The notes: generated from the letters alone by a model not told the origin. A DNA stretch of 54,915 nucleotides, filler included, from Squatina squatina (GCA_031763465.1; 3 parts of 3 records of this genome joined end to end with filler, not necessarily neighbours in it); one strand, 5' to 3'; positions 37,944 through 51,248 are shown, counted from the whole stretch's first letter. Numbers and translations: made by a program.

Positions 37944-38840
37944 CTGTGGGAATTAAAGTTCCATTTACTGAAAAGGGCATGCACAGGTTACCTATATCTA
38001 ACAACCTTTAATTTAAAATAAAACTATAATTGCTGGAAATATATCATAGATCCTCAGCACCTGTAAAGAGAAAAGGCAGGTGGACCCTCTGACACCTCAA
38101 CTTCTCTGGCCTTCTGAGGCCTATCCTACACAAGCTCCAACTTGTGCAAAACTCTGCCATCTCTATCCTATCTAATACTAAGTCCAGTTGTCACCTTCCA
38201 CATAACTTCTCATCCTTCAACACAACTGTTTTAAAAATCCACACTGTCAGTACAATTTGCTCTGTAGCCTCACACCATCCCCTCTCCCTACCTTCGCCAA
38301 CTCTCCAGTTTGCACCCTTACTCTTTTGATACTGACCTAAGGAATACCCTCTCTGTTCCTCAGCTTCACCATCAGTAATTGAATGTTCAGCCATCGTGGC
38401 CATGCTTTCCTGAGCCTTCTCTCCTTACTTCATCTCTCCCTACCTTCAAACCTCAAAAGGTGACTTCAGTCATTGTTAATCTTGTACAGTGTCAAAAATT
38501 AACTCTACTGCCCTACACTATACACACACTGACAGAAGAGTGCGTGCAGCAGAGAATGTTGAGCTTGTATAGCCCTATGGTAGATCTTTAAAACACAAAT
38601 AGAAATATAATCTAAATTTAAGAGGGAGTTCAAAGTTGTAATGAAAATGTCATGAATACAACATATATAATGCATTAAAAAGTCATGTTTTCTTGATTTC
38701 AAACCCTTAATGATACTACCCTGCAACTTGATATTAGTTATATATTATTCTATGGTATAACATATGGTTATTTAAGATAAATATTTTGCAGGCAGATAAT
38801 TCAACCTACTTGGTGTTATGAATATATTATTTTGACATAC

Positions 38841-38996
38841 GTGATGCTTGGCAAGTTCGATTTCTATGGCTTTTGGATCCCCAGTAATTGGTCTTTGTCC
38901 ATCCAGCAGTTCCTCTGTATGATTCAGCCAGGACATAAGTTCAGCCAATGCATGTTGAAACTGACCCAGTGCCAGCAGGGCACCCTCCACCTTATG
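38841..38996 (-). CDS. MACF1: MACF1 exon [17 protein letters not shown]...IELAKHH
   Basis: 156 nt, CAG/GTATG boundaries. Confidence 0.95.
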
Positions 38997-39804
38997 CTGT
39001 GGAGAAAAATAAATCCACATTCAAAATATACATGTGGCCAGAACAAATGTTACATCAGATTCTCAGAAATATCTCCCAAAAGACTCCCTTCGGCTTAGGC
39101 CTGCAAAGAAACATCCAGTCAGTCAGAATGTAGAAAAAAAACGAGCAGGCACCCACTATTCAAATAGGACTTCAATGTCAGTGCGCTGGTGTGCCAAACT
39201 ACGGCTCTTCAGTGTGGTCGGACATGGGCCAGTGGTACTGGAGCCATCCATGGTGTCTGGGAAGGGATCGACAAGCACACATGCTTAACTCTTGTGCACC
39301 TCCCAGTAGCTGCATTCAGAATGAGAACAACAGTGGTCCAGGAGCAGGTCATCTCCCTGCTCTCTTACCAGGGAATGATGTGAAATAAAGGAGGGAGGGA
39401 AGGACATTCAGCTGCTTTGCAGTCAATATGCCTAATAGCAGAACTGTACTGGATTTTAAAAAAAGCACACAATAAAATTCAATTTTTTTTCACTCTTGTT
39501 AGAAAAGCTTACTAAATCCACCAGCCCTTCCTCAATTCTTGCTTTATGGATACGGAGGTACACCTGTAGTGGAATGTTATTTCATTGTAACCTTAACAGG
39601 ATCATTTTGTGGATTATTGGCAATACAGCACACCTTGAGCAGTATTTGAATCTAGTTAACATAATCAGGCATATGGGATTCAGATGATTCATACTACTCT
39701 GCCTTGTTAAAACACCGTCCCAGTATTTGCAAACTCTCAAAAATCCTCAACATCCTCAAGTTTTGTTTGACCTATCATGATGGTAAACTTGGATTATTAG
39801 TGAG

Positions 39805-40255
39805 AAAGAAAGGCTTTCATTTATAGAGCACCTTTCAATGCCTGAGGAAGTCCCAAAGTGCTTTACAGCCAATGAAGTACTTTTGGAGTGCAGTCACTGT
39901 TGTATTGTAGGAAACGTGGCAGCCAATTTGTGAACAGCAAGCTCCCACAAACAGCAATGTGATAATGACCAGATAATCTGTTTTAGGTTGAGGGATAAAT
40001 ACTGGCCTGAACACCAGGGAGAACTCCAGTGCTCTTCTTCGAATAACGCCATGGGATCCTTTATTTGGGCTGGAGAGGGAAGACAGGGGCTCGGTTTATT
40101 GTCACATCCGAAGGATGGCACCTCTGCCAGTGCAGCACTCCCTCAGTACCGCACTGGAGTGTCAGCCGAGATGTTTTGTGTTCAAGTCTCGAGTGGAACT
40201 TGAACCAACAACTTTCTGACTCAGAGGTGAGAGTGTTACCAACGGCTGACACACA
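39805..40255 (-). mobile_element. Near full-length SacSINE1/Deu-type SINE
   Basis: Reverse complement has a tRNA-like head (GTGTCAGCCGTTGGTAACACTCTCACCTCTGAGTCAGAAAG...GGTTCAAGTTCCAC), a central Deu-like region and tail GGTGCTCTATAAATGAAAGCC. This family was described from dogfish. Confidence 0.85.
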
Positions 40256-41659
40256 TTGAATTCTCTGCAGGTTTCTGTGTATTCCCCCAAAATAATGTTT
40301 GTGGAATTCAACAAAAAATTTGGCTCTCTTTTATTCTCACCATAATATTGTTCAGCTTTTACTCAGAATAAAAATAATAAATGATGAGATTAACATTAAT
40401 ACATAAGTTGTCTAAATTTCACTCGCTTTCAGAAAAAAAATACTTGGCCTCAGTCAAGGATGAAGAAAGTATAAGTTATTTACAGTGCACTTGGTATGGA
40501 CTAGTGTCATTCTCAAGTTTTTCTCAATGTAAATGTGTGAAAATACCGGTATGATGCAAACTCATAGGTGGCGAATTTTGTGTTTCCCCCGTACATTGCG
40601 GAGATTTAATTCCACAGTGTGTCTTCTGTCAGTGACAGGTTCCCCGCCCGACTGGAAGCCAAGCCTGATTGACAGGTCAATCAGGTTTGCCTTCTCGTCG
40701 GACAGGGAGAACTCAGGAGGAGGCTGCAGGACCAGGTAGGTCCGATCCACGAGCCTGGGGTGAGGTGGAGAAAGAGAGGAGGTTCTGATGGTGGGGGAGC
40801 TTGGGTGCCAAGAGGAAACACTCCTGCTCTTTCTGGCCCACTTACCTTCTCCCCGAGGCTGTCCTCACCTTGCTGCCGCTACCAGGTTTCCCGAGGCCCA
40901 GGAAACCAGGCNNNNNNNNNNNNNNNNNNNNNNNNNNNNNNNNNNNNNNNNNNNNNNNNNNNNNNNNNNNNNNNNNNNNNNNNNNNNNNNNNNNNNNNNN
41001 NNNNNNNNNNNACTGTCCCTAACAATTAAAAATTGTGGCTCATCTTATACTATTTGTTTGTTTCATTTTGTCCTTTAAACCAAATCCATCATGAGAAATT
41101 AAGTCAGCTCAGTTCTGCTACACTAACACCAGAATTGTGTGGAGGCACACCTTGTTCTTGTTTCGCGTCATATAGTGCACGAATCTGTTTTCAAACAGAC
41201 TTTGACACTTGCCTTTCTCTGCAAGCACAGATTTGGAGACATATAGTCTCAGAATGGCAGTTGTTTATGTTGACCACAACTATCAGGAGGGATCGGATAA
41301 GAGATGAAGGCATGGCTTCACAATGCTTCACACCTTTTTGATAAAATTAAGCACTTTACAACATGGGATTTGTATTCCTGGTCAGTTTTATGCTGTATCT
41401 AATATCATAAGTTGGTCGTAATGTTTTTCTCCACGCCCTTCACTGCATGTTAATTTGCTGAGTGTTAAGTAATTAAACTGACTGCACAACTGCCACGACC
41501 CATTTCCTTTCATGGACTTTCAGATATTCTTCCCTCATCTGCAAGATACACAATTCTTTAGCTGTTTGTGGCTCATACACTGGCAAAAGTATGTTTGTAG
41601 ATTATAAATATACGAAAAACAGCACTCTAAAATCCTGGTTACCCCAGGCCCTCTTGTAC

Positions 41660-41833
41660 CGGTCTGTGAATAATCTTCTCTCCCAGATCTTCCCAGAGGT
41701 GTTTGAGCTCGGTGAGTGGCTGTTGAATTATGTCTCGGTCAGTCTCATCTGAGGCTATCTTTAGCAGTAGCTCCCCCTGGTGGTTTAGTTTTTCCATCTC
41801 TATTTGCTGCTGGTAAACCTCCATTTTAAATTC
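41660..41833 (-). CDS. MACF1: MACF1 exon EFKMEVYQQQIEMEKLNHQGEL...GEKIIHRP
   Basis: 174 nt; weak donor CCG|GTACAA (human has Gln at this last codon). Confidence 0.92.
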
Positions 41834-42494
41834 CTGAGGAATGCAAATGCAATGGGAAAGTTAAGTGTCGTCCATTACGGCACATTAATTTTATGCGGTT
41901 AAAAATGTAACACATTTTAAATCAAAGCCATCAGATGCCAATTTTTTCCCCTCCTACTGTTTCCATCAATTTTCTTCTCATCCTTTCTTAAAATGTTGAT
42001 GCGTTGCTGCATACAGGTCCATGGACATCAGTCAACCTCTGGTATCTTGCTGAATGACCACACTTTATATGCGAGTCGAGACAGTAGCGTCAGCAGGCTA
42101 CTAAAACGAAATGCACAGGCGAGTAAGCTCGACTCTGTCCTCACGAGATCTAGGGACTTTCCCCTCCCGAACCCAATGGTTCTGAGGCCAATAATAATGT
42201 CACTGCTGCTGCCCAAGTTGACCAACTCAGCACAAACCTGGCATTTTGTGCTCAGTATGGTTCAGCTATTCACTGCCTAAAAACCAGCTGAACCAAACAT
42301 TGGATACTCAATAGATTTTTTCAATCCAGTAAAGGAACACATGTTCATTTTAGATGAAGCTAATATGAAATGGATGAGAATCACACAAAAGCAACAAGCA
42401 GAGACTACCTTTTGTTTTCTAATTTCATGCTGTTTTTTTTAAAAAAAAGAGTTCTGTACGTGTTCAGTGTTATTCTGCTGTAACATTAACTCAC

Positions 42495-42596
42495 CTTCAT
42501 TTCATTTATTTGTTGCTTCACAGTGTTGATGTCTGTGCCAACTGGAGACATCTCACCAAGTTTTATTACAGTGTTATCCAGCCAGTCAAACATTGC
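42495..42596 (-). CDS. MACF1: MACF1 exon [13 protein letters not shown]...INEMK
   Basis: 102 nt, TAG/GTGAG boundaries. Confidence 0.95.
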
Positions 42597-42688
42597 CTAA
42601 AAAAGTCACAAACAACCAGATTAGGAACCATCATTCAAATTAGTACTGCATTCGCACATGGATAGACTCTATGCAGAACACTTCTTAC

Positions 42689-42790
42689 TTGCAATGCATC
42701 TTGGTACTGGACAGCAACCTGCATGGCCTCCTCCAGTTTGTCCATCCGCTCCTTCCATGTTTTGTTCAGGTTATCCCAAGAATAATTGAG
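42689..42790 (-). CDS. MACF1: MACF1 exon [15 protein letters not shown]...QYQDALQ
   Basis: 102 nt, TAG/GTAAG boundaries. Confidence 0.95.
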
Positions 42791-42835
42791 CTAGAAACAG
42801 TTATGACACAATCTATCAGAATGGTAACAATGCAG

Positions 42836-43160
42836 TACAACAACAACATAGTAAAATGTCCCAATGTGCTAAACAGAAGCATAATCAGACAAAATATGAC
42901 ACATAAGGAAACATTAGAATAGATGCTTGGTCAAAGAGGTAGGTTTTAAGGAGTGTCTTAAAAAGAGAGAGAGAGAGAGAGAGAGAGGCGGAGAGGTTTA
43001 GGGACAGAGTTCCAAACTTAGGGCCTTGGCAGCTGAAGGCATTACAGTTGATGGTAGAGCAGTGAAAGTTGGAGATGTGCAAGAGACCAGAATTTCAGGA
43101 GCACAGATCTCTGAGGGTTGGTGGCAAGAGGAGGTTACAGAAATAAGGAGGTGAGACATT
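42836..43160 (-). mobile_element. L2 LINE 3' end with an internal (GA)n microsatellite
   Basis: Reads AFSCQGPK...FKTLLKTYLFDQA, the L2 ORF2 terminus; (GA)n at about 42964-42987. Confidence 0.85.
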
Positions 43161-43451
43161 CCCGAGAAACTACCTGCGCAGTCTAATGCTTCCCGTTCAT
43201 TGATCCGCTCTGCATTCAATCAAGCTCACTCATACTTTATTCATATTTTCCCAACAAAGCACCTGCCAGTAAAGGTAGCAAACCATTGATTGTATGACAA
43301 ACGAATATATCAGGCTGCTACTTGTTGCTAACGGTATGACAGGAAGTAAATCGAGAGCTCTTGCTTCTGAGGTTTCGTGTTTAGGAGCAAACAATTAACT
43401 TATTTTTAATTAAGCCAGTCAATTTTTATGTTACAACATCGTTTACATAAA

Positions 43452-43556
43452 TACAGAAGGGTCTGACGAAGGGTCATCGAACCGAAACGTTGACTCTGTT
43501 TTTCACTCCAGATGCTGCCTGACCTGCTGAGTTTTTCCAGCATTTTTGTTTGCATT
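43452..43556 (+). mobile_element. Short Penelope-derived insertion with a hammerhead-like core, flanked by a 14-bp direct repeat
   Basis: CTGACGAAGGGTCATCGAACCGAAACGTT...CAGATGCTGCCTGACCTGCTGAG; flanks are ATCGTTTACATAAA (43438-43451) and ATCATTTACATAAA (43557-43570). Confidence 0.7.
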
Positions 43557-44026
43557 ATCATTTACATAAAACTGATTTATGATAAAATAATAACATGCTT
43601 TTTGATTGTTCAAATAGGTAGGCTATTAAAATACGTTTTTGCTGAAAAATTATAATCTGAACAAACTGGGGCTTGTTCTGCAGAACATTAACATGTTATT
43701 ATGAAAAACACTGAATGTCCATTTAATCAAACAGTATTCTAGAACTACAGAAGGTCTTTAGGAGTCATCAGAAAGCATTAGAGAGGGAGCTATATACATT
43801 ATATTGCATGACATGTTATGGCGTCTTCAATAGTATTACTGTTGGAAAAACTGTACTGCTTTTATGACAGAATACATTTAAATATTCAATGAATAAAAAA
43901 AATCAATTAACATAGCTCTTTGCTCAGCTTTTCTAACCTGCTGGTCTGAGTCAAGTTCTAACATATTACTATCAAGCTGCACCATATATTCTTCCTTATT
44001 CATCATTATTTCTAGTAATATTTTAC

Positions 44027-44149
44027 CTCATCTATGCTTTTCTTCACTTCTGGTTTTTCAAATTCTCCACAAGCAAAGATGAGGTCTGCTCCCAGGATTC
44101 GCACAAATTCCAGTTCCTCATGGAGCCTATCTGTCTCCTCTTTAATTGT
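44027..44149 (-). CDS. MACF1: MACF1 exon [29 protein letters not shown]...SIDE
   Basis: 123 nt, CAG/GTAAA boundaries. Confidence 0.95.
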
Positions 44150-44365
44150 CTGAAATCAGCAGAATATTCCAGAAAATGGTTATTAATCTTGTGTGCTAGC
44201 CGCACTATAATCTACAGTTTTTGGAAAATCAAAGGTTTTTTTGTGATGCCGAAAAAGACAAATACAATTAAGAAATATTTGGAGCATGCCCAAAACAGTG
44301 ATTCTTTCATAGGAACTACGAATAAAAGTATTGTAAAGTTTTCCATATTTGAGTCATATCCATAC

Positions 44366-44592
44366 CTCTGCAGCCTCCTGTTGTTGCTTAATAATTGAGG
44401 GGTCAATACCAGGACTCTCCAGGTCTCGCACTATGTCCTGTGTGTCCTTAATGGTCGTCAGCAGGGCAGCTATATCATACCAGAACTTTTCAGCTAGGTC
44501 AAGTACATCCAGAAGCTTACTATCTTTCTCTTCACCACGAGCTTTGATATCTTCGCAGTAGAATACCATCTCATCCAACTTGACTTGAATGG
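44366..44592 (-). CDS. MACF1: MACF1 exon [18 protein letters not shown]...KQQQEAAE
   Basis: 227 nt, phase 1 to phase 0; Cys at 44555-44557 where human has the conserved Trp (FFWEDIK). Confidence 0.95.
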
Positions 44593-45501
44593 CTAAAGCA
44601 TCACAAATTGGAAAAAAAGTAAGCTAGAATCTTTAAGGTGTTCCTGTTCCTAATCGTATGGTTGCAGGAGGGTTGAATACGGTCAGAAAGGAGGCCATCA
44701 GAATAGACAATGAAGAGTAACAATATTACACATGTAAAACATTTGAAAAACAATTATCTGACTACTCAGAGCTGTTTGATAATGCTGACTGTGTAGATCC
44801 CTATCCAAATTCGGTCAGTTACTCCTCAGCTGTATAAAAACAGAAGCCAAGTGCTTTAAGAACTTGTATTCGTGGAAAACAGTATTAAAGAGACAAAAAT
44901 GCAGTTATTTGCAACAAATTCAAATAATCCACACACGTGAAGTACCCTTCTTAGAGGTGGAAACAGAATGATTACAGCCTTTGATAAACACATAATACAA
45001 CTGAATTTGTTTAAGTTTAATACTTGAGATCTTTCCCAGCCGACAGAACCGAAACAAGCTGCAAAATTCACAACTTAAACATAAAAGGATGTTTTGCTTT
45101 GTCACTGAATGTGAAATGCATAAATGCGAGTTTTATTCCCCCAAATAAACCAGATACAGGACTTAAGCACTTCCCCACCTAAAGGCAGTGAGATTTTTCT
45201 CTTACGTTAACCTTCCAACCTTTGAATGAGTCCTTTGTGCTGGTGATGAATTTAATGGGTGGGTTACTTAAACTACATTTGTTTGAAAAATACCTCTATA
45301 TATACACACTTAAATATCAGGATTGAACTTCGCTGATCATTCATCTCACTGCCGTTTGTGGAGCTTGCACTGCACAAATTGGCTGCTTCATTTATCTATA
45401 TTAGAACAGAAACTACACTTCAAAAATAATTAATCAACTGTGTAACATGTTGCAAAATGGTACAAATTTAGAAGTTTACAAATAAACTTAAAATTCAATA
45501 C

Positions 45502-45733
45502 CTTTAGCTGCAGGATCCTCATCCGCTCCAGATGACCGTCCAATCAGCTCCTCACCAAGATGTTTAAGAGCTTCAAAAGATGGCTGAAGCTTTTCGAGCT
45601 CCATTGCAATATTTTTGTTCTCGTTGATGTGCTCTCTGATCTTCTCAACTTCGGCGGGTATTGATGGAGGCCTCCGCACCCGATCAGCAATGTGTTCCAG
45701 ACACTCGAGCATTGGATCAATCTTATCATGGAA
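45502..45733 (-). CDS. MACF1: MACF1 exon FHDKIDPMLE...GADEDPAAK
   Basis: 232 nt, phase 0 to phase 1; ALKHLGEEL versus human ALKRRGEEL. Confidence 0.95.
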
Positions 45734-46603
45734 CTAAACATATCACAAATAAAAGGAGAAATTGTTGGCATTGCCCGAGAACTTTCTCAGAATTACCCTC
45801 TATTTAAAACAATGTCTGTGTAGCAGAAATTATACAAGTAAAAACTCCACTAAAGCAATGAGCAGCCTCAACTTACAGATAATTTTCAGAAAAATACAGT
45901 GTGTATAGAATGCAAGTAAAATCTGTTTTTACATTATAATTTATAATAAATAAGGAATTTGTTCAGGAACTGATTTATTGGATATGGCTAATTCACCCAG
46001 ATTTTCAGATGAATTTCTGTGCGATTCTTAGTCTTGTTAAAAACACATGGGACTAGCAGAATGGAAAAATACAGAAATATTGACACTAAGTTAAACAAAA
46101 CACAGGCGAAAATAATAAAATCACACATTTTGCACCATTTACACCCAATGAAATTCCACATTTGTATTTGGAGTAAAGGGAAGTTATTTTGTATAAACCA
46201 AACAGACTTATAATTTTTTATTTTTTCACTAATGTTAAACCCGAGACCATATAAAGGTTTGACTTTTGAGACGAATAAAATTTTGCTGAAGTTACAACCA
46301 GCGGTTGAGATTCACTTGAGAGGTTGAATTACTCTTATCTTGGACAATCTACAAGCAAATTAAATTCAGTATGGAAAATTCCATTCTTAGACAGTACTAT
46401 AAAATTAGGATTGAAAGAAACAAAACATTTCTGTCAATAAATACATATGCAATGAAACATAATTTAGCTAATTTAGTAACGCAAATGCTTGAAATGTTTG
46501 TTTATCTTTTTGCAATTTATTGAACCAAGTTGTAATGTGGAAGACTACCAATAATCATTTAACATGCTGCACTTTAACTGCTTATTTCAATTTGTAAATT
46601 AAC

Positions 46604-47207
46604 GGCCCGGATTTATGCGGTGCCAATGATGTCGTACTCGTCAGCCTTGTTCGCCTCGTCAAGGTTTGCCTCGTAAGATCTATCGCAACGCCTCAAAAAA
46701 CTTTGCTGGCGCTGAGTTGGGATATTTGCCAAATTGCTGGCCAGTAAATGCCCACACAGCCCTTGCGCCTGGTAAAAGGAGTCATATAAATCTTAAATTA
46801 AATATTTAAAAATCATGCACAAACATTTAAAAATTAGTTTATGTAAATTGTTAAAATTATTTTTCAAAAAATGTAATTTTTATTGCAAATGCTTCATTGA
46901 AGGGACTGTTACTTAAATTGGAAAATGAGAATATTTATTTTTATTCCAGTTGTATAAATTATTTAATTATTTGGGGGACCCGATATGCTCATGGGGATTC
47001 TGTTCGTAAATGGAATCCCAGAAGCAGATGAGCAATCCTTCTTTATGATTGGAGGGCCTGGCCCATGTGATCCCAGGGACGCTTCCTAAACGCCTGCGTT
47101 CCTGGGATCTGTGGGCCTTTATTCAGGTGTACAGCTGCAGACTCAGGTCCTGAAGACTCCAAAGCCCGGGAGCCTGAAGATAGGTGTGGAACCGCAAGTT
47201 CTGGCAC
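46604..47207. mobile_element. About 600-bp MITE with imperfect terminal inverted repeats (possibly PIF/Harbinger)
   Basis: Left end GGCCCGGATTTATGCGGT versus right-end reverse complement GTGCCAGAACTTGCGGT; GC-rich arms around an AT-rich core. Confidence 0.6.
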
Positions 47208-49296
47208 AATGTTTTTCCTCACTTATCACACATGGAGATTAAAACAAATGTATTTGATTGACTAGTCACAACAGTAGTGAAAGAAATCCTTTAGATGAAG
47301 CCAATCTTTTTGAACTGTGTGACAAATTATGGATATTTTACTTAAAACCAAACATTCCAAAGGTTAAAAATGCCAAATTGTACCTTAAATGATGCCTATC
47401 AGTTTAAATGCCCTCTTCCATGGATTGCTATCGTAAGAGTACCAGAACAAGAAATCAGTATAGCTGGGACTCAACTTATGGCATCAATGTCACAGAAAAT
47501 AAGGGAGCCATGAGCAATTTATACAAACATATAAAATTTGGAACATTATAGCTCCATTACGTCATGCATTAGAATGTAGTCTGAATTTGTCATGACTCGG
47601 TAAGATAGTAGTCTTGAAAACCTCTCTTTCACCCAGAGATCTGGGTTCTAATCAAGCCCAGATGGTTGGGAGGAAACTTGACTTTCTCATATGGTTATGG
47701 AGATCCTAATTTAAATCAATTTGAGCAGATCTCAACCATGTTATAAGTGGACAGGTGCCCACAATTCAGTACTAAATGGACAATCACATTCAGACATGCT
47801 ATAGTGTGAGAAGTGGAAATTAAACGGTTATTCTTGTGCAGGAGAGTGCTTTTTTTGAGGTTGGACTCAATATCATTATGGTAGCTAAGAGAGGGGCATT
47901 TCAACCTAATCTGGACACTGCATTAGAATCAAAAAGAACAAAATCTCAATAATGACATAAAAATTCACTGAATATTAAAAATATTGGAAATTCATTTTAA
48001 TGAGAATGCCTGTTCTCAAGTAGTGTTTCAGAAGAAATGGATCAATTTACAGAGTTCAAATCAGCCCATTTTATCCGGTAAAATTTAGCAAAGTTGAACC
48101 AACTATTTGTTGAATAGTAAGTGACCTTTCAGAGTATACGTGTAGTATAAAAGGTGCAGGGGTTGCCTCTGTCAACGTTATCAGGTAACCAACTTTAGCA
48201 ACAGTCACACCCACACAGNNNNNNNNNNNNNNNNNNNNNNNNNNNNNNNNNNNNNNNNNNNNNNNNNNNNNNNNNNNNNNNNNNNNNNNNNNNNNNNNNN
48301 NNNNNNNNNNNNNNNNNNNNNNNNNNNNNNNNNNNNNNNNNNNNNNNNNNNNNNNNNNNNNNNNNNNNNNNNNNNNNNNNNNNNNCAGCATTCTAATGAA
48401 TGGATGTGATGAACACAATAATTAAACACAACGTAGCAGGAGATGTCGGCAAATAAACATTTAATTCCACGAGGTGAGCGGAATGGAAAACAAATGACAT
48501 GTTAGTATATGAGAAAACTGTGATGGGGTAACACAAGGGAATGCACTGAACAAGACAAACATGGAAGGGATACATTTTACAAACATGACTAGCATTATGC
48601 CATGATGTTTTGGTAAAACTGGAAAGAAGTATCCGTGTCATAATATTCTTTTCATTCTGCTGTTCTGGCTCCATCCCCCTATTTGCTTCATTGCTACTAA
48701 TTCCTGGCTAGTACACCATGTCAAACAGAACTGTGGATAACTTGTTTATCAACATTACTGATGAATGGACTAGCCAGTAAGCGTGTATCAATAGCCATGA
48801 CATAAAGAGGCATACCCATCCAAAGGAGAAAATGGACAACCCAATCCCATTCTTACAGTATGGGAAAGCACCATGTGGCTTGCAAAAGTGGAGTTCATCA
48901 CATATATGGTTGCTAACTTGAAATACTTTAAGCACTCTCATCAAAAGAAAACACCACTTTTTCTGCTATCTGGTCAATTGGTCATTTACTGCTCATCTGC
49001 CCCACCTTACTTTAGTACTGTCTCCAATGGTTCTAAAATCAACCACAAAAGGTGCAATAGCTGTAGCAGTACAATGCAGCTCTCACTCTCACAGAGCAGC
49101 CCTGATGTTGGCCAAGGTGATGCTTGTGGTCCAGACTAGCCAGCACTCTGCCGAAGCAGAAACTTTACTAGATGAAGTGACAGCAGTGGGGAACTAAAAG
49201 AACAAAAAGTAAGGAGGTTCCTTTTTAATAAACAAATAAAACAGCCATCAAAAAATCCCCATGCAAATATATACAGCTAGGATCACCAGAGAGTAC

Positions 49297-49500
49297 CTGA
49301 GCAGACTGTGAAATTGCTTCATCCAACGCCAAAGCCCGCTGTCTTGCATCCTGTTTTATTTTAGTATAAAGTGCTTCAGCAGTGGTATATTTCTCATGAA
49401 CCATTTTGCTCTCATCAGGATTCAATACCATCAACTGAGGGCCAATCTTCATCAGTTTATCGATATGAGGCTTGTGTTCAGAGATTGATTCACGAAGTTG
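49297..49500 (-). pseudogene. MACF1: MACF1 exon [23 protein letters not shown]...EAISQSAQ with broken acceptor
   Basis: 204 nt open; the upstream intron ends TCTGTTTTCTTTTATAACTG, with TG instead of AG (plus-strand CA at 49501-49502). Confidence 0.88.
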
Positions 49501-50080
49501 CAGTTATAAAAGAAAACAGATCCCAAAGTCCAAAAGAATGTCCAAATGCATTCTGGTCTAAGATTACACCTTTTGCATAATATGAAACAAAATGATTAAA
49601 GGGCAACTTCAGCCACTTCTATGCTCCCAGCAGGGAGCCACACTCAAAGGGAGTTTGGGTCAGAGCAGGGCTATAATACTGCAGCTCTGATTTTCTGACC
49701 TGTACGGTCTTCAAGCATTGATCGCTGCTGGGAGCACTGAATTTCTCTTTTTAATGTTGTTTTATACAAATATTATTCCACATATTTTGCATAACACAAA
49801 CCTGATTAGTAAACCTGAAATTCCACTTTCACAACCAGAAAGTTTGTCATTTCTGAAACACTATTCCCTCCTCTCCCCTTTATTGGCAAATGGGAATAGC
49901 ATAAACAGTAGATATGCACAGACAACATACACCGTGTCCCCCTCATTTCCTGTTTGCTTTCAATCCCACATGGTCTACTGGTGCCAATGGAGAATCTGAT
50001 CACCTGAAGTATACCAGAGGCATGCATACAACATCGTCTTTAAATGAACAGACCAACCTACATTATCCTTTTATCCTTAC

Positions 50081-50299
50081 CCGCATTTCTTCCTGTTGTA
50101 GTTTCAGGATCTCATGGTCAACGGCTGGTGGTGGGAGCTGTGATATCAAAGTTCTGGTCTCATCAAGCCATGGGCATAGCTCCTCATATGTTTCCCAGAA
50201 CTGGTTAATCAGGACCTGAGCCCGCTCCAACTGGGAGTATCTTTCAGTGTTCATCTGGCTGACTGTCTCGTACTGCTGCTGCAACAAGTCCATCTTCTC
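50081..50299 (-). CDS. MACF1: MACF1 exon EKMDLLQQQYE...QFWETYEEL...QQEEMR
   Basis: 219 nt, TAG/GTAAG boundaries. Confidence 0.95.
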
Positions 50300-50702
50300 C
50301 TATGTGGATTTGTGTGTGTGTATATATATATATTTATATATAGATGTACATATTTTAGACTCTGGCATACAGTCAGTCATTAAGCTCCATTATTATATTT
50401 AAAAAATTAAACATTATTAGATAGGTGGCAAATAGTTTGTTACTGATAAGTTATAATGCATCAGCACCATGACAACCTTTTTTCAACATCAGAGGCCTTG
50501 ATTGACAAATTTACAGGGTTTATCAAGAAAATTCTCACAAACGGTAATGTTTCTGTATTATGGTCTGCAAGTAATGATTAATTTTATAGAAGAAAAATAA
50601 ATACATGAATTCACAATCTAGTTTTCCAAGAAAGCTTAATTTGTAAACAAACATCCATTCTATAGTTGTGGCAGGCCATCTTCAGAAGTACAGAAATAAT
50701 AC

Positions 50703-50810
50703 CTGCAACATAGTCTTCTGTTCATCTCCGCAGGTGCTCAGGATTTCTTCTTGGGTGTTTATCAACTCATCTATAGAATCCTTGTGCCGTATGATGTCTA
50801 TTGAAAAGGC
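50703..50810 (-). CDS. MACF1: MACF1 exon AFSIDIIRHKDSIDEL...QKTMLQ
   Basis: 108 nt, TAG/GTATT boundaries. Confidence 0.95.
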
Positions 50811-50890
50811 CTAAAGTTATCAGAGAAAAATCCTTAAAATGTGGAATCAGCAACACTGCTACAAGATCTCCAGTGCTACATACTGTATAT

Positions 50891-51248
50891 GGGACGGCCA
50901 ATTCATGTTTTGGACGTTTCTAGCGCTAAGCGTGAAATTTCGTGCTAGAAATGGGACTCTTTGAAAATTTTCCTTCAACCCTCCAATTAGCCATTTTAGA
51001 TTTGGAGCGTTCAAACTCGTGCAAACGTTAATGTTAAGGGGCCCATAGTGAACTGACCTATTCGTGGNNNNNNNNNNNNNNNNNNNNNNNNNNNNNNNNN
51101 NNNNNNNNNNNNNNNNNNNNNNNNNNNNNNNNNNNNNNNNNNNNNNNNNNNNNNNNNNNNNNNNNNNCCTGCGTTTTCGCGCCTAAAGTGCCTTTACGCC
51201 AGTTTTGAGCCGATTTCGCGCTGGAAGTTTTACCTCGAATTGGTCTGT
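50891..51248. mobile_element. CpG-rich MITE-like element, interrupted by a gap
   Basis: Ends GGGACGGCAATTC...GAATTGGTCTG form a weak inverted repeat; CpG-rich arms. Confidence 0.4.

Noticed and set aside
48167-48175. TTGACAGAG (LTE) on the minus strand as a possible counterpart of a short insert recalled between SQSTQ and FHDK in human MACF1
   Set aside because: It is flanked by CG and GC rather than AG and GT, so two changes would be needed; any real microexon could lie in the adjacent gap.
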